In this document: piece by piece, positions 43,873-53,331 of the stretch
Layout: each line of letters starts with the position of its first letter
Position numbering within the stretch: position 1 is the first letter of the stretch
NCBI GenBank assembly: GCA_963785305.1
Contig: CAWAUV010000009.1
Coordinates: forward strand, 288,001-352,000
Length of the DNA: 64,000 nucleotides
Origin: an uncultured Planctomycetaceae bacterium
GTDB lineage: Bacteria; Planctomycetota; Planctomycetia; Pirellulales; PALSA-1355
Direction: 5' to 3'
Position numbers and translations under genes: made by a program
The notes under the pieces: model-generated
Told to the model about the DNA's origin: nothing
What the model saw: only the letters and a program-made list of their open reading frames with translations
Database searches by the model: none

Positions 43873-44014
43873 TGAAACAGCGGCAAGCGGACCACACCCG
43901 GTTTAGCGCATGGTAAATCAATCCCTTCGGCGCATGACGAGCAATCCGCAGCATGCCCCTAGCTTAAGCCGGGACGGCCCAAACGTCAATTCGACTCGCG
44001 TCCCCTTTTCCAGG
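43873..44014 (-). repeat. Diverged duplicate of the RAYT 5' end, promoter and right inverted repeat (IS630-free allele)
   Basis: Matches 42477..42565 joined to 43799..43851 with a few substitutions/indels. Confidence 0.9.
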
Positions 44015-44300
44015 CCCCCTTTTCCAGGCCCCCTTTTCCAGGCCCCCTTTTCCAGGCCCCCTTTTCCAGGCCCCCTTTTCCAGGCCCCCTTTTCCAGGCC
44101 CCCTTTTCCAGGCCCCCTTTTCCAGGCCCCCTTTTCCAGGCCCCCTTTTCCAGGCCCCCTTTTCCAGGCCCCCTTTTCCAGGCCCCCTTTTCCAGGCCCC
44201 CTTTTCCAGGCCCCCTTTTCCAGGCCCCCTTTTCCAGGCCCCCTTTTCCAGGCCCCCTTTTCCAGGCCCCCTTTTCCAGGCCCGCGTCCCCTTTTCCAGG
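44001..44300. repeat. Tandem array of 14-mer CCCCCTTTTCCAGG x20 plus one extended unit
   Basis: 20 contiguous units 44001..44280 (first begins with T), then CCCGCGTCCCCTTTTCCAGG; no spacers. Confidence 0.95.
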
Positions 44301-44304
44301 CCCG

Positions 44305-44322
44305 ATATTTCCGCGGCGCGGC
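44305..44322. repeat. Right 18-bp direct repeat bounding the island
   Basis: ATATTTCCGCGGCGCGGC, identical to 34043..34060. Confidence 0.85.
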
Positions 44323-44410
44323 CTCACCGCGAGCTGCGCCACATGGGGCGCCGTCCCCAATCCTCTCCGGCTGGACATTGGCCGTTGCCCGAGCGGAACA
44401 AGGCGGCTCT

Positions 44411-45493
44411 TCAAAACAACCGCCGCTGGCCGGAGCGGTCGGCGGGCGGGCGAAACTGCTCGCTGTCGTAGGGCGGCATGCGACTGTCGAGCCGGTGTTT
44501 TTTGGCGAACGTGCGGAACACTCCCGCAATCTGTTCGGCCCGCTCGCCGGCGCCTGACATTCGTTCGCCGAATTGGGGGCTGCTCAGCGACCCCGCGCGA
44601 ACGGAGCGAATCGCGCTTTCGATGCGCGGTTGACTGTCGGGCCGGGTGCGGGCGAGCCATTCTTGAAACACAGGGAGCACCGCGCCGGGCAGTCGCAACA
44701 TCGTGTAACCGGCCCAATGGGCGCCGGCTTCGGCGGCGGCAGCGAGCAGCGCGGGGATTTCATGATCGTTGAGGCCCGGGATGATCGGCGCCGTCATCAC
44801 TCCGACCGGCACTCCCGCCGCCGCAAGCGCACTCACCGCTCGCAACCGGGCGACCGGCGAACTGGTGCGCGGCTCCATGACCCGGGCCAGCGCGGCGTCG
44901 AGTGTGGTGATGCTGATGTAGACGTGCGCGAGACGGGCCGCGGCGAGGGGCTCCAGTAGGTCGAGGTCCCGGGCCACGAGCGCGTTTTTCGTTATCACGC
45001 TGATCGGTTGGCGAGCTTCGAGCGCCACCGCGAGGCAACCGCGTGTGAGGCGAAACTCGCGCTCGATCGGCTGATAACAATCGGTCACGCCCGAGAAGGT
45101 GATCGGTTCGGCGCGCGAGCCGGGCCGGGCCAGAAACTCGCGAAAGAGTCGCGGGGCTTCGTGTTTGACGAAAATCTTGGTTTCGAAATCGAGGCCCGCC
45201 GAAAGGCCGAGATATTCATGCGTCGGCCGCGCATAGCAATAGCTGCAACCGTGGACGCAGCCGCGATAGGGGTTCACGCTGAACCGGAAAGGAACATCGG
45301 GGCTATCGTTCTCCGAGACAATCGACTGCGAAGCGTCGGGCAGATATTCGGTCCGCGGGCGATTCGCATCGGCAAGAAACTCGTCGTCGGTTTCGAGCTG
45401 CTCCCAATCGGTTTCGACGCCGGCGTTCGTGAATCGATTCGCCGGCTGGATATGCGACCCGCGACCCGTCGGGCCCGGCGAGGGAAGTGTCAT
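44411..45493 (-). CDS. PA0069-family radical SAM protein (SPL-like)
   Basis: NPYRGCVHGCSYCYARPTHEY (CxxxCxxC), SGVTDCYQPIER, APIIPGLNDHE. Confidence 0.9.
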   Translation of the reverse strand: MTLPSPGPTGRGSHIQPANRFTNAGVETDWEQLETDDEFLADANRPRTEYLPDASQSIVSENDSPDVPFRFSVNPYRGCVHGCSYCYARPTHEYLGLSAGLDFETKIFVKHEAPRLFREFLARPGSRAEPITFSGVTDCYQPIEREFRLTRGCLAVALEARQPISVITKNALVARDLDLLEPLAAARLAHVYISITTLDAALARVMEPRTSSPVARLRAVSALAAAGVPVGVMTAPIIPGLNDHEIPALLAAAAEAGAHWAGYTMLRLPGAVLPVFQEWLARTRPDSQPRIESAIRSVRAGSLSSPQFGERMSGAGERAEQIAGVFRTFAKKHRLDSRMPPYDSEQFRPPADRSGQRRLF

Positions 45494-45653
45494 GTGCGAC
45501 AGACGCTCAGCAATGCGGGTTGAAAAATGCCATTGTAGCATGATTCAACCTCGGCAAGCGCCGATCGCGGGATTTCGCGGCTCGCGGAGCAATGCGAGCC
45601 GCGAAACAAAGAGCGGCGCCGATGCAAATCGGCGGGGGCTTCGACACAAGCCG

Positions 45654-47927
45654 CTATTTCGCGGCTTCCTTGGCCAGCACTTCCACGGTGATTGGGTTCG
45701 TGGGATAGATGCAGCGAATGTTCTTCTTGTTGGCGCCGGGCTTTTCCTCGTAGGGCACTTGACCTTCCCCGTTGAGAATAAAGCTATAGACGCCTGGGGC
45801 AAGTTTGTCGGTGTTGAGCTGCATTTTAGCTTCGTTCGCGCCGGCCGCGGCTTTCACGATCGGCGCCGTGAGACCCGGCGGCAGCGGCATGCCCGCGGCG
45901 TTGAGCTGCACTTCGTTGGGCATATCGGCGCCGCGCCGCACGGAGATCGACAGGTCGAGCGGTTGCCCCTGCTGGATATGGAACTCGGCCGGGTTGACCG
46001 CCACCGCGAACGGAGCCTCGCCACGCACCGCCAGAAGAATACTTCGCGTCACGCGACTGATCGCGGGCGTGTTCGTGGTTTCCATCACCACCACGCCGCC
46101 GCGGGCCACTCGCTCGACCGGACCCGAGCCGAAATCGCTCACGCCCACGATTTCGATTTCGCTTTCACCGATCGGGGCGTCGGGCGCGGCTTCCAGCACG
46201 AGCGTGGCCCATTTGCCCTTGGGCCAGAGCGTGACCGGAGTGGCGGTGACGCCGGGCGGAAGCTTGCGAGCCGAGATCGTGATCGGCGCGTCGTGGCCCG
46301 AGAGGCGCCAAGCGAAGACATCGAGCCGCTCGCGACCGCCGCGCAGCACCACATGGCTGTCTTGCCGCGTTTCGTGCGTGGGCTGACAGACAAGTTGGAA
46401 ATCGGGCATGGGCGGAGTGAGCTCGAGTCGATAGACAAACTGCGGGCCGCCCTGGGCTTGGCCATAGAGATGCTCGACGCGGAGTTTATAGTCGCCATCT
46501 TCCGGCGGCTTGAATTCGTAGCGAATATCGCGCGAGCTGGTGGTGAAGCGAATCTGCCCGATGTTTTCGCCATCGTCGTTGGGGCTCGACTGCATGTCGC
46601 CCTTGGGCTTGAGAATCTCCATGTCGGGATCGACCGGCGAACCGAACCGCTGCGCTTGCACCGAAATCTCGATCGGCTCGTTCTTCTTGGCGGAGAACAC
46701 GAAATAATCGACATCTTTCACCGGGTTGCATTGGCCGGTGATCGCCACGGGCGGAACCAACCGCTGGGCTGTCTCGGAACTGTTGTTCGGCTCTTGCTCG
46801 ACACCCTCGGACACCGACGAGATCGTGAGCCGCCGGGCATTGGAGATTCCCGCTTCCGAGGGCAGCCGGAGCTCCAGGGCGTTGAGCAGCGAGGCTGGCG
46901 GACGCACCACTTCGCTCGCTTCGAGCAGGCCATGGGCAGTCGCCTCGGCCGGAACCGTTACCGAGTAGACCAGTTTTTCCAGGGGACAACCGCGAATGGC
47001 AAACTCACACTTCTCACCGCCGGGAAGATTGCGGCCATAGAGCGTCACCGGCGTGGTTTCGCCAAGCCGCACACCGGCCGGAATCGCGAAGTCGATCAGC
47101 GGGCCGACGCCGATCTTGAGCCGATATCCGTACTGCGCGCCGCCGTTGTACATGAAGTCGCTGAGCTTGAGAAAATAGTCGCCATCGGCCGGCACATCGA
47201 AGTCGATCAGCGGATCGTTCTTCTCGTCGCGGCTGTTGTCGTCTTGCGAGACCGCGAGTTGCTTGCCTTGGGCGTCGTAGAGAAACATGAAGCCGTCGAG
47301 GCGCGTGTCGATCCGCCAAGCCCAGCATTCGATGAGCACTCGCTGGCCCTTCTTGGCGCCGAACACGAACCAATCCACGTCTTCGCCGCCGCCGGCCGTG
47401 CCCGACATGATGCTGCCCACTTCGGCCCGATTGGCTTGGCCACGCTCGTTGTTGGGCTCTTTCTCATAAGCTTCCGGCAGGTCGCCGACGACAAAGCAGC
47501 GCGGGTTCGTAATACCGCCCTTGGCGATCACGCGCACATCATGCACTCCGACGCGCGCGTCGGCCGGCACGCTGATTTTGAAGCGCGGCTTATTGCCTTC
47601 GCCGGGCAATCGCTCGGCGGTGATGCCGGGCAGGCTGAAGTAGAGCCCCGTGACATCGACCAGTTCATTGCCTTCGAGCGTCACTTCGACAGCGGTTCCC
47701 TGGCGAGCGCCGGAGGGATACAGCGCCAAGAGTCGCGGCATCGGGAGCTCGGCGAACACGATCTCGCAGGCGGGACCGAGCAAGCCGAGCACGGCCCCGA
47801 GCGTTAGCCCCGCGAACCACGCTCGCGACGATCGGTCAGGCGCCGCGAGGCGGGCAACGACGCCGCGCTGACCGCGCTGGCGAGTACATGTGTGCGAACG
47901 AGCGAAACAGTTACGCCAAGATATCAT
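45654..47927 (-). CDS. Planctomycete PPC (pre-peptidase C-terminal) domain protein
   Basis: YPSGARQGT, repeated EKEPNN/EQEPNN..DVDWF/DVDYF modules; start uncertain. Confidence 0.8.
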   Translation of the reverse strand: MISWRNCFARSHTCTRQRGQRGVVARLAAPDRSSRAWFAGLTLGAVLGLLGPACEIVFAELPMPRLLALYPSGARQGTAVEVTLEGNELVDVTGLYFSLPGITAERLPGEGNKPRFKISVPADARVGVHDVRVIAKGGITNPRCFVVGDLPEAYEKEPNNERGQANRAEVGSIMSGTAGGGEDVDWFVFGAKKGQRVLIECWAWRIDTRLDGFMFLYDAQGKQLAVSQDDNSRDEKNDPLIDFDVPADGDYFLKLSDFMYNGGAQYGYRLKIGVGPLIDFAIPAGVRLGETTPVTLYGRNLPGGEKCEFAIRGCPLEKLVYSVTVPAEATAHGLLEASEVVRPPASLLNALELRLPSEAGISNARRLTISSVSEGVEQEPNNSSETAQRLVPPVAITGQCNPVKDVDYFVFSAKKNEPIEISVQAQRFGSPVDPDMEILKPKGDMQSSPNDDGENIGQIRFTTSSRDIRYEFKPPEDGDYKLRVEHLYGQAQGGPQFVYRLELTPPMPDFQLVCQPTHETRQDSHVVLRGGRERLDVFAWRLSGHDAPITISARKLPPGVTATPVTLWPKGKWATLVLEAAPDAPIGESEIEIVGVSDFGSGPVERVARGGVVVMETTNTPAISRVTRSILLAVRGEAPFAVAVNPAEFHIQQGQPLDLSISVRRGADMPNEVQLNAAGMPLPPGLTAPIVKAAAGANEAKMQLNTDKLAPGVYSFILNGEGQVPYEEKPGANKKNIRCIYPTNPITVEVLAKEAAK

Positions 47928-49241
47928 CGATCGGTTGTCCGAGGTTCAAGATTTCGACCGGGCGATTCGCGTCGTTCACATAGGCCTTGTGCCGGTTGAT
48001 GCCCAGCAGGTGGTACATCGTGGCGAGCACATCTTGCGGCGAGACCGGGCGGTCCTTGGGGAATTCGGCGTTGCTATCGCTTTCGCCCAGCACCACGCCG
48101 CGCTTGAGCCCGCCGCCGGCCATGACCACGCTGAACACATTCGACCAGTGGTCGCGGCCCGACTGCGGATTGATCCGCGGCGTGCGGCCGAATTCGCCCC
48201 ACACCAGGATCATGGTGTCGTCGAGCCGACCGCGTTCGTCGAGATCGTTGACCAGGGCCGAGAACATTTGATCGAAATTCGGCAGCTTGCCGTTTTTGAG
48301 CGACTCGAAATTATTGGCGTGCGTGTCCCAGCCGCCCTGATTGAGGGTAATGAATCGCACGCCCGACTCGATCAATCGCCGGGCCAGCAGAGCGCCCTGG
48401 CCCCAGGAGTTTCGCCCATAGCGATCGCGAGTGGCGGCGCTTTCGCGCGACAGATCAAAAGCGGCGCGCACGGCCGGCGAGGTGATCAAATCCCAGGCTT
48501 GTTGACCAAAACTATCCATGCCGGCCAAGAGGCCCGAGGAATCCACGTCGCGGCGAATGCGATCGAGCCGCTTGAGCATGTTCACGCGATGTTCGAGCTG
48601 GTCGATCGTGACGCCGCCCGGTGTTTGCAGATTTCGCACCCGGAAGCTGTCGCTATTCGGATCGCCGCCGGGCTCGAAGGGATTGTAAGCCACGCCCAGG
48701 TAACCGGCCGAGGCGCTCTTGGGCGCTTCGGGAATGGCGATGTAGGCCGGAAATCCGGGAGCGCGGGCGCCTTTTCCTTGCCGATGATGCTGCCATAGCA
48801 AGGGGCTTCTTGAGCCGGGATGTCGTTCGTCGGCTTGTAGCCGGTGAGCAAGGCGTGGGTTGCCGATTCGTGGCCCGAGTCGCCGTGCGTCACGCCGCGG
48901 AGCACGCAGATTTTGTCGCACGTGGTTTTGGCGATCAGCGGCATGTGCTCGCTAATGTGATAGCCGGGCACATTGGTCGAGATCGGGTTGAACGCGCCGC
49001 GAATCTCGCTCGGAGCGTCGGGCTTCAGGTCCCACATATCAAGCTGACTGGGCCCGCCGCCCTGCCAAATGAGAATCACGCTCGGATCGCGCTGCTTGCC
49101 GCCGGTTTCAGCGCGGGCGGCGCGCTGGCGGAGCAAGCTGTCGAGTCCCAGGCCGCCAAACGCCAAGCCGCCGACCTTCAGCATTTGACGCCGCGAAATC
49201 CGGTCGCACGAGCGATAGTTGGCGCCGAGAATGTCGATCAT
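47911..49241 (-). CDS. DUF1501 family protein (frameshift near 48770)
   Basis: SRRQML, GGPSQLDMWDLKP, ARRLIESGVRF, WDTH, GEFGRTP, GRDHW. Confidence 0.9.
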
Positions 49242-49352
49242 GGCGAAAATCCTTTCAAAAGACGAACGTGGGCGTCGCGATTCGCCGGGGGTTGGCTGTA
49301 TTTAGTCTTCCCCCGCGGTCTCCAAAATAGGAAGCGCGGGGCGAACAAGCGA

Positions 49353-52040
49353 TCAATGGTTGAACACGAATTCCTTGCTGTTGAGCAGCACCCAGGCCAG
49401 GTCGCCCAGGGCGGTTTTCTTGTCGGGCGCCTGGGCGATATAGTTTGCCGCCTCGATCATTTCCGAGTCATCGGGCGAGCGGCTCAAGCTGGCCATGTAC
49501 AGTTCCTCGACCATCTCCCGCGGCGACTTGCCGCTCTTCAAAAGATGGCTTAGCCGTCCATCGGCCGCAGTCAACTTCTCTTGAATCTCGTTTGAATTCA
49601 TCAGATGCAAGGTTTGGGCCAGATTGGGAGCGTAGCTCCGCTCGCATTCGCAAGGCGTCTCGCGGCGCGACCGGCCAAACACATCGAGAAAATACGATCG
49701 CACTCCCTCATCCGGCAGTTCGATCGCCCGCACTCCCTTGGGCATGCCCGGATATTTCTCCGCCGCGCCGGTCACGCGGTCGACCGCGTCGGCCAAAACC
49801 TCGGCGGACATGCGGCGGGGGAAATAACGCGCGTAGTTGCGGCGGTCGGCGGCGTTGGTCTCGATCGGCGTCGAGCTCAGACCATACAATTCCGAGGTCA
49901 TCATGCGGCGCATCATGTGCTTGATGTCGAACTTGTGGGCAATGAAATCGTGCGAAAGATGATCGAGCAGTTCCGGATTGCTCGGCGGATTCGTCACCCG
50001 CATGTCATCGATCGCTTCGACGAGCCCCACTCCGAAGAAGTGGGCCCACAGGCGATTCGTCATTGCCGGGGCGAAGTAGGGATTGTCGGGCTCGGCGAGC
50101 CAGTCGGCAAGCAAGCGGCGCGGGTCTTCGCCATGCACGTATTCATATTCTGGTCCGCCCAACGGCTTGGGCTTCATGTTCTTGCCGGTGCGAGGCTGAT
50201 TGACGCCGCCGTCCTTGCGGACATAGATCGCGTTTTCACCGCTCACATCGCCCGGCTTGCTGCCCAGGCGGCCAAAGAACGCGGCCATGCCCCAGTAGTC
50301 GTCTTGGCTCCAACGCTCGTAGGGATGATGGTGGCAATTGGCGCAGTTGATGCGAGTGCCCATGAAGAGCTGCGCGGTGTCGTTCACCTGATGGACTTGA
50401 TTACGCGCCTCGCGATACCAGATTACCGCGGGATTGTCGCTTACCGTGCCTTGGGCGGTAAGAATCGTGGCCGCGAACTGATCGTAGGGCATATTCGACG
50501 CAAAGGCTTCGCGAATCCAAGCGGCGAAGGCAAAGGTGCCTCGCTTGGCCTGATCGCCGTTGCGCCGCTTGTTTCTCAACAGATCGCCCCAGATGTTGGC
50601 CCAGTAGCTGGCGTATTCATCGCGCTCGAGCAGTTTGTCGATCAGTCGGTCGCGCTTGTCGGACGCGCCATCGGCCAGAAAATCATGCACTTCCTCGGCC
50701 GTGGGCATGGTGCCGATCAGGTCGAGCGATGCCCGGCGAAGAAATTCCTGATCGCTCGCCCGCGCGCTGGGGGATATGCCGAGCTTACGCCACTTCTTGA
50801 GCGCGAGCTCGTCGATGGGCGAACGCGGATGAAAATTCGCATAGGCGGTCTCGGGCAGCAGACCGCCATCGGGCACCGTCAGCCGGGCGACGTCCACCAG
50901 GCCCATGTAACGGACCATGATCGTGCCTTCGCCCGTCGTGTCGAGCGTGCTGGCCAAGCCCGTGGGCGTGACGGCCATCAAGTCGGGCTGTTGGGCCTTG
51001 TACTCGGCCGAGGCGGTGATGTCGCGCGTCGAGTCGTCGGAGTAGGTCGCGACGACTCGCAGTTGCTGATGCGTTTGCCGCGGGAGAACGCGTTCGCGCG
51101 GCAGGGCTTCGATCTTCACGACATGGGGCGCGTCGATCTTGCCATAGGGCAGGCCCTGTTCGATCCAGCGGCGCAGGAGCCGCGCGGCTTCGCTATCGGC
51201 TTCGAATCGGCGTCCGCCGCCGTGAGGCGATTCGCCGGTCGGCTTCGAGATCAAGAGCGAGCGATCGGCTGCGGCCGGAAACACGCGGCGGCCGTGGGCC
51301 TGCTTCACGATGGCGTCGTAGTCGGCCACCGGGTCGAAGCCGAGCAGCGAAAGCGAAAAGCCGTTTTGCCCGCCTTGCTTGCCGTGGCAGCCGCCGGTGT
51401 TGCAGCCGAACTTGGTGAGCATCGGCACGACATCGTTGGCGAAGTGGATCGGCGCGTCGACGCCGAATTGTTCGACCTTGGCCTCGAAGTCGCCGGTGAT
51501 CGTGGGTCCCGTGTTCGAGGCGCCCGCATTTGGCGAGCCCGTGTTCGAGGCGCCCGTCCCGCTCGTGGCCAGTTTGGCGGGCGCCGATGTTGGAGGCGCC
51601 TCGCTTGAAACCACGCTGCGATCGCTCGCCATGGGAGGCGCCATTTGCTCGGCTGGCAACGCGCCTTCGGGCGTGAGCTCGACCAATGCGCGAATCACCG
51701 ACGCTCCGTCGGCCAGCGGTCGAATTTGCGAGCCTTGAATCGAGACCGTGGCCGGGCCAAGAAACTGGAACTCGGCCGCGCTCGTGACATCTTGGACGCT
51801 GCCGTCGGCCAGGTAAGCGGTCACCAACACTTGGGCGCGGTCGCCGGGACCATGTAGCACCAGCGGCGAGGGCTCGATACCGATGCGCATCACCTTGGGC
51901 GCGACGACCGGCGCGGCGTGCGCTGGAGCGTCCTCGGCGGCATGAACTTGCCGAGAAGAATTCGCCGCGAGGAAAGCGAGAGGCAACGCGACCGCACTCG
52001 CGCAGGCAAACGCGCGCGGCAAGAGTCGGGCGGGGCGCAT
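49353..52040 (-). CDS. DUF1549/DUF1553 protein with Ig-like (Big_2) domains
   Basis: GCNTGGCHG, FLRRASLDLIG, CANCHHHP, PPSNPELLD, CECER, LLNSKEFVFNH. Confidence 0.9.
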   Translation of the reverse strand: MRPARLLPRAFACASAVALPLAFLAANSSRQVHAAEDAPAHAAPVVAPKVMRIGIEPSPLVLHGPGDRAQVLVTAYLADGSVQDVTSAAEFQFLGPATVSIQGSQIRPLADGASVIRALVELTPEGALPAEQMAPPMASDRSVVSSEAPPTSAPAKLATSGTGASNTGSPNAGASNTGPTITGDFEAKVEQFGVDAPIHFANDVVPMLTKFGCNTGGCHGKQGGQNGFSLSLLGFDPVADYDAIVKQAHGRRVFPAAADRSLLISKPTGESPHGGGRRFEADSEAARLLRRWIEQGLPYGKIDAPHVVKIEALPRERVLPRQTHQQLRVVATYSDDSTRDITASAEYKAQQPDLMAVTPTGLASTLDTTGEGTIMVRYMGLVDVARLTVPDGGLLPETAYANFHPRSPIDELALKKWRKLGISPSARASDQEFLRRASLDLIGTMPTAEEVHDFLADGASDKRDRLIDKLLERDEYASYWANIWGDLLRNKRRNGDQAKRGTFAFAAWIREAFASNMPYDQFAATILTAQGTVSDNPAVIWYREARNQVHQVNDTAQLFMGTRINCANCHHHPYERWSQDDYWGMAAFFGRLGSKPGDVSGENAIYVRKDGGVNQPRTGKNMKPKPLGGPEYEYVHGEDPRRLLADWLAEPDNPYFAPAMTNRLWAHFFGVGLVEAIDDMRVTNPPSNPELLDHLSHDFIAHKFDIKHMMRRMMTSELYGLSSTPIETNAADRRNYARYFPRRMSAEVLADAVDRVTGAAEKYPGMPKGVRAIELPDEGVRSYFLDVFGRSRRETPCECERSYAPNLAQTLHLMNSNEIQEKLTAADGRLSHLLKSGKSPREMVEELYMASLSRSPDDSEMIEAANYIAQAPDKKTALGDLAWVLLNSKEFVFNH

Positions 52041-52359
52041 ACCAAAACTCCTGGCCGGAGACTCGAATGGCAGCGAAACGGGGTGGGGGGCAAGCGTTCA
52101 CCGACTCAACGGGGCCGGACGACGGCTATTGACGCTGGCGATTGTTGACGCGTGCCTGAACGTTCTAGCGGTGGGACATCGACGCCGCTCCTCCAACGCC
52201 GCGACCGAACCTGCTCGCTATTCTACACATCGGCCGCCAGCGGAGCGGAGCTTTGTACGCCTTTATTGATAGCAGAAATCTCTTTCGCGTCAATCGTTTT
52301 TTTCCAAGAACGAATAAGAAACGTTCAAGTTTGGTGGTCTCCCGGGCCAAGAACGGCTC

Positions 52360-53331
52360 TCAGGGCGTGGCGAAGTAGTATCGAGTGAGGTGGAAAAACA
52401 CCGGCGCGGCGAAGCAAATCGAGTCGATCCGGTCGAGCACTCCGCCGTGACCCACGACCAGCGTGCCGTAGTCTTTCACGCCGCGATCGCGTTTGATGGC
52501 CGACATGGTCATGCCGCCGGCGAATCCCATGACGGAAATCACGAGCGACATGCCGGCCGCTTCCCAAGGCTCGAACGGCGTGGCCCACCAAAGCGCCGCG
52601 CCGAGCAAGGTGGCGCTCGCCGCGCCGCCGACAAAGCCTTCCCAGGTCTTATTGTGGCTGATTGCCGGCGCGATCAGGCTGCGGCCCAAGAGGCGGCCCC
52701 AGGCATATTGCAACGCGTCGTTGAGCTGCACGATCAGCACGAAGAAAAAGAGCAGCCGCGCATTGGCGCTGTGCCCAAATACACCCGGCGAACTGTAGCC
52801 GGGTATATTGAGGCTCAAAAGAGCCGGCGCGTGGCTCGGGCAATAGACGCACACCATGAGCCCGGCCTGGATTTTGGCGGTTCGTTCGAGAAATCGCTTG
52901 TAGTCGCCGGAGAGCGCGACCCGGGCGGGTATGAAGAGAAACGCGTAGACCGGAATCAGAATGCTATAGAGGCCGTAGATATTCCGCCCCACGAGCACAT
53001 ATTGCAGCGGAGTGAACAGCACGAACACCCAAAACAGCGTGCGATGGTCGCCAAGCCGGGTGGGGGTGAGGGTGATGAACTCGCGGAGAGCCCAAAACGA
53101 GATCAGGCCGAAGATCACGACCGTGGCCACATGCGATGCCGGCCCCAGAAAAAAAGCCGCCGCGAGCACGGTACACATCAGCCACCAGGCGCGGACGCGG
53201 GAATTAAACGTCTCGACGACCGCGGGGTTCAGTCCGGTGTCGGGAGCGCGTTTGAGAAACTGGCCAATCGTGGTGGCAGTGGCCAAAATGGCCAACACGC
53301 CTCCGACGAGTCCCAGTGTTTTGAAGTCCAT
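52360..53331 (-). CDS. Phosphatidate cytidylyltransferase family protein
   Basis: SHNKTWEGFVGG, SAIKRDRGVKDYG..GHGGVLDRIDS. Confidence 0.9.
   Translation of the reverse strand: MDFKTLGLVGGVLAILATATTIGQFLKRAPDTGLNPAVVETFNSRVRAWWLMCTVLAAAFFLGPASHVATVVIFGLISFWALREFITLTPTRLGDHRTLFWVFVLFTPLQYVLVGRNIYGLYSILIPVYAFLFIPARVALSGDYKRFLERTAKIQAGLMVCVYCPSHAPALLSLNIPGYSSPGVFGHSANARLLFFFVLIVQLNDALQYAWGRLLGRSLIAPAISHNKTWEGFVGGAASATLLGAALWWATPFEPWEAAGMSLVISVMGFAGGMTMSAIKRDRGVKDYGTLVVGHGGVLDRIDSICFAAPVFFHLTRYYFATP

Larger units (their letters stand above)
34043..44322. mobile_element. Accessory island: RAYT elements, orphan genes, nested IS701-like, IS66, IS630 and group II intron
   Basis: 18-bp terminal direct repeats; all mobile elements and AT-rich ORFs of the window lie between them. 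Confidence 0.75.

Noticed and set aside
44001..44300. CRISPR array
   Set aside because: Contiguous 14-bp units with no spacers, and no cas genes in the window.
43910..44717. ORFs with FSRPPFPGPLFQAP / KGAWKRGPGKGGLE repeats
   Set aside because: Stop-free translations of the 14-bp tandem array on both strands; no independent coding evidence.
51500..51560. Short direct repeat CCCGTGTTCGAGGCGCCCG in the DUF1549 gene
   Set aside because: In-frame low-complexity linker duplication (GASNTG x2); unremarkable.
45429..51608. Long plus-strand ORFs (792 aa, 667 aa and similar ones across the window)
   Set aside because: Antisense shadows of well-supported genes, expected in high-GC DNA.
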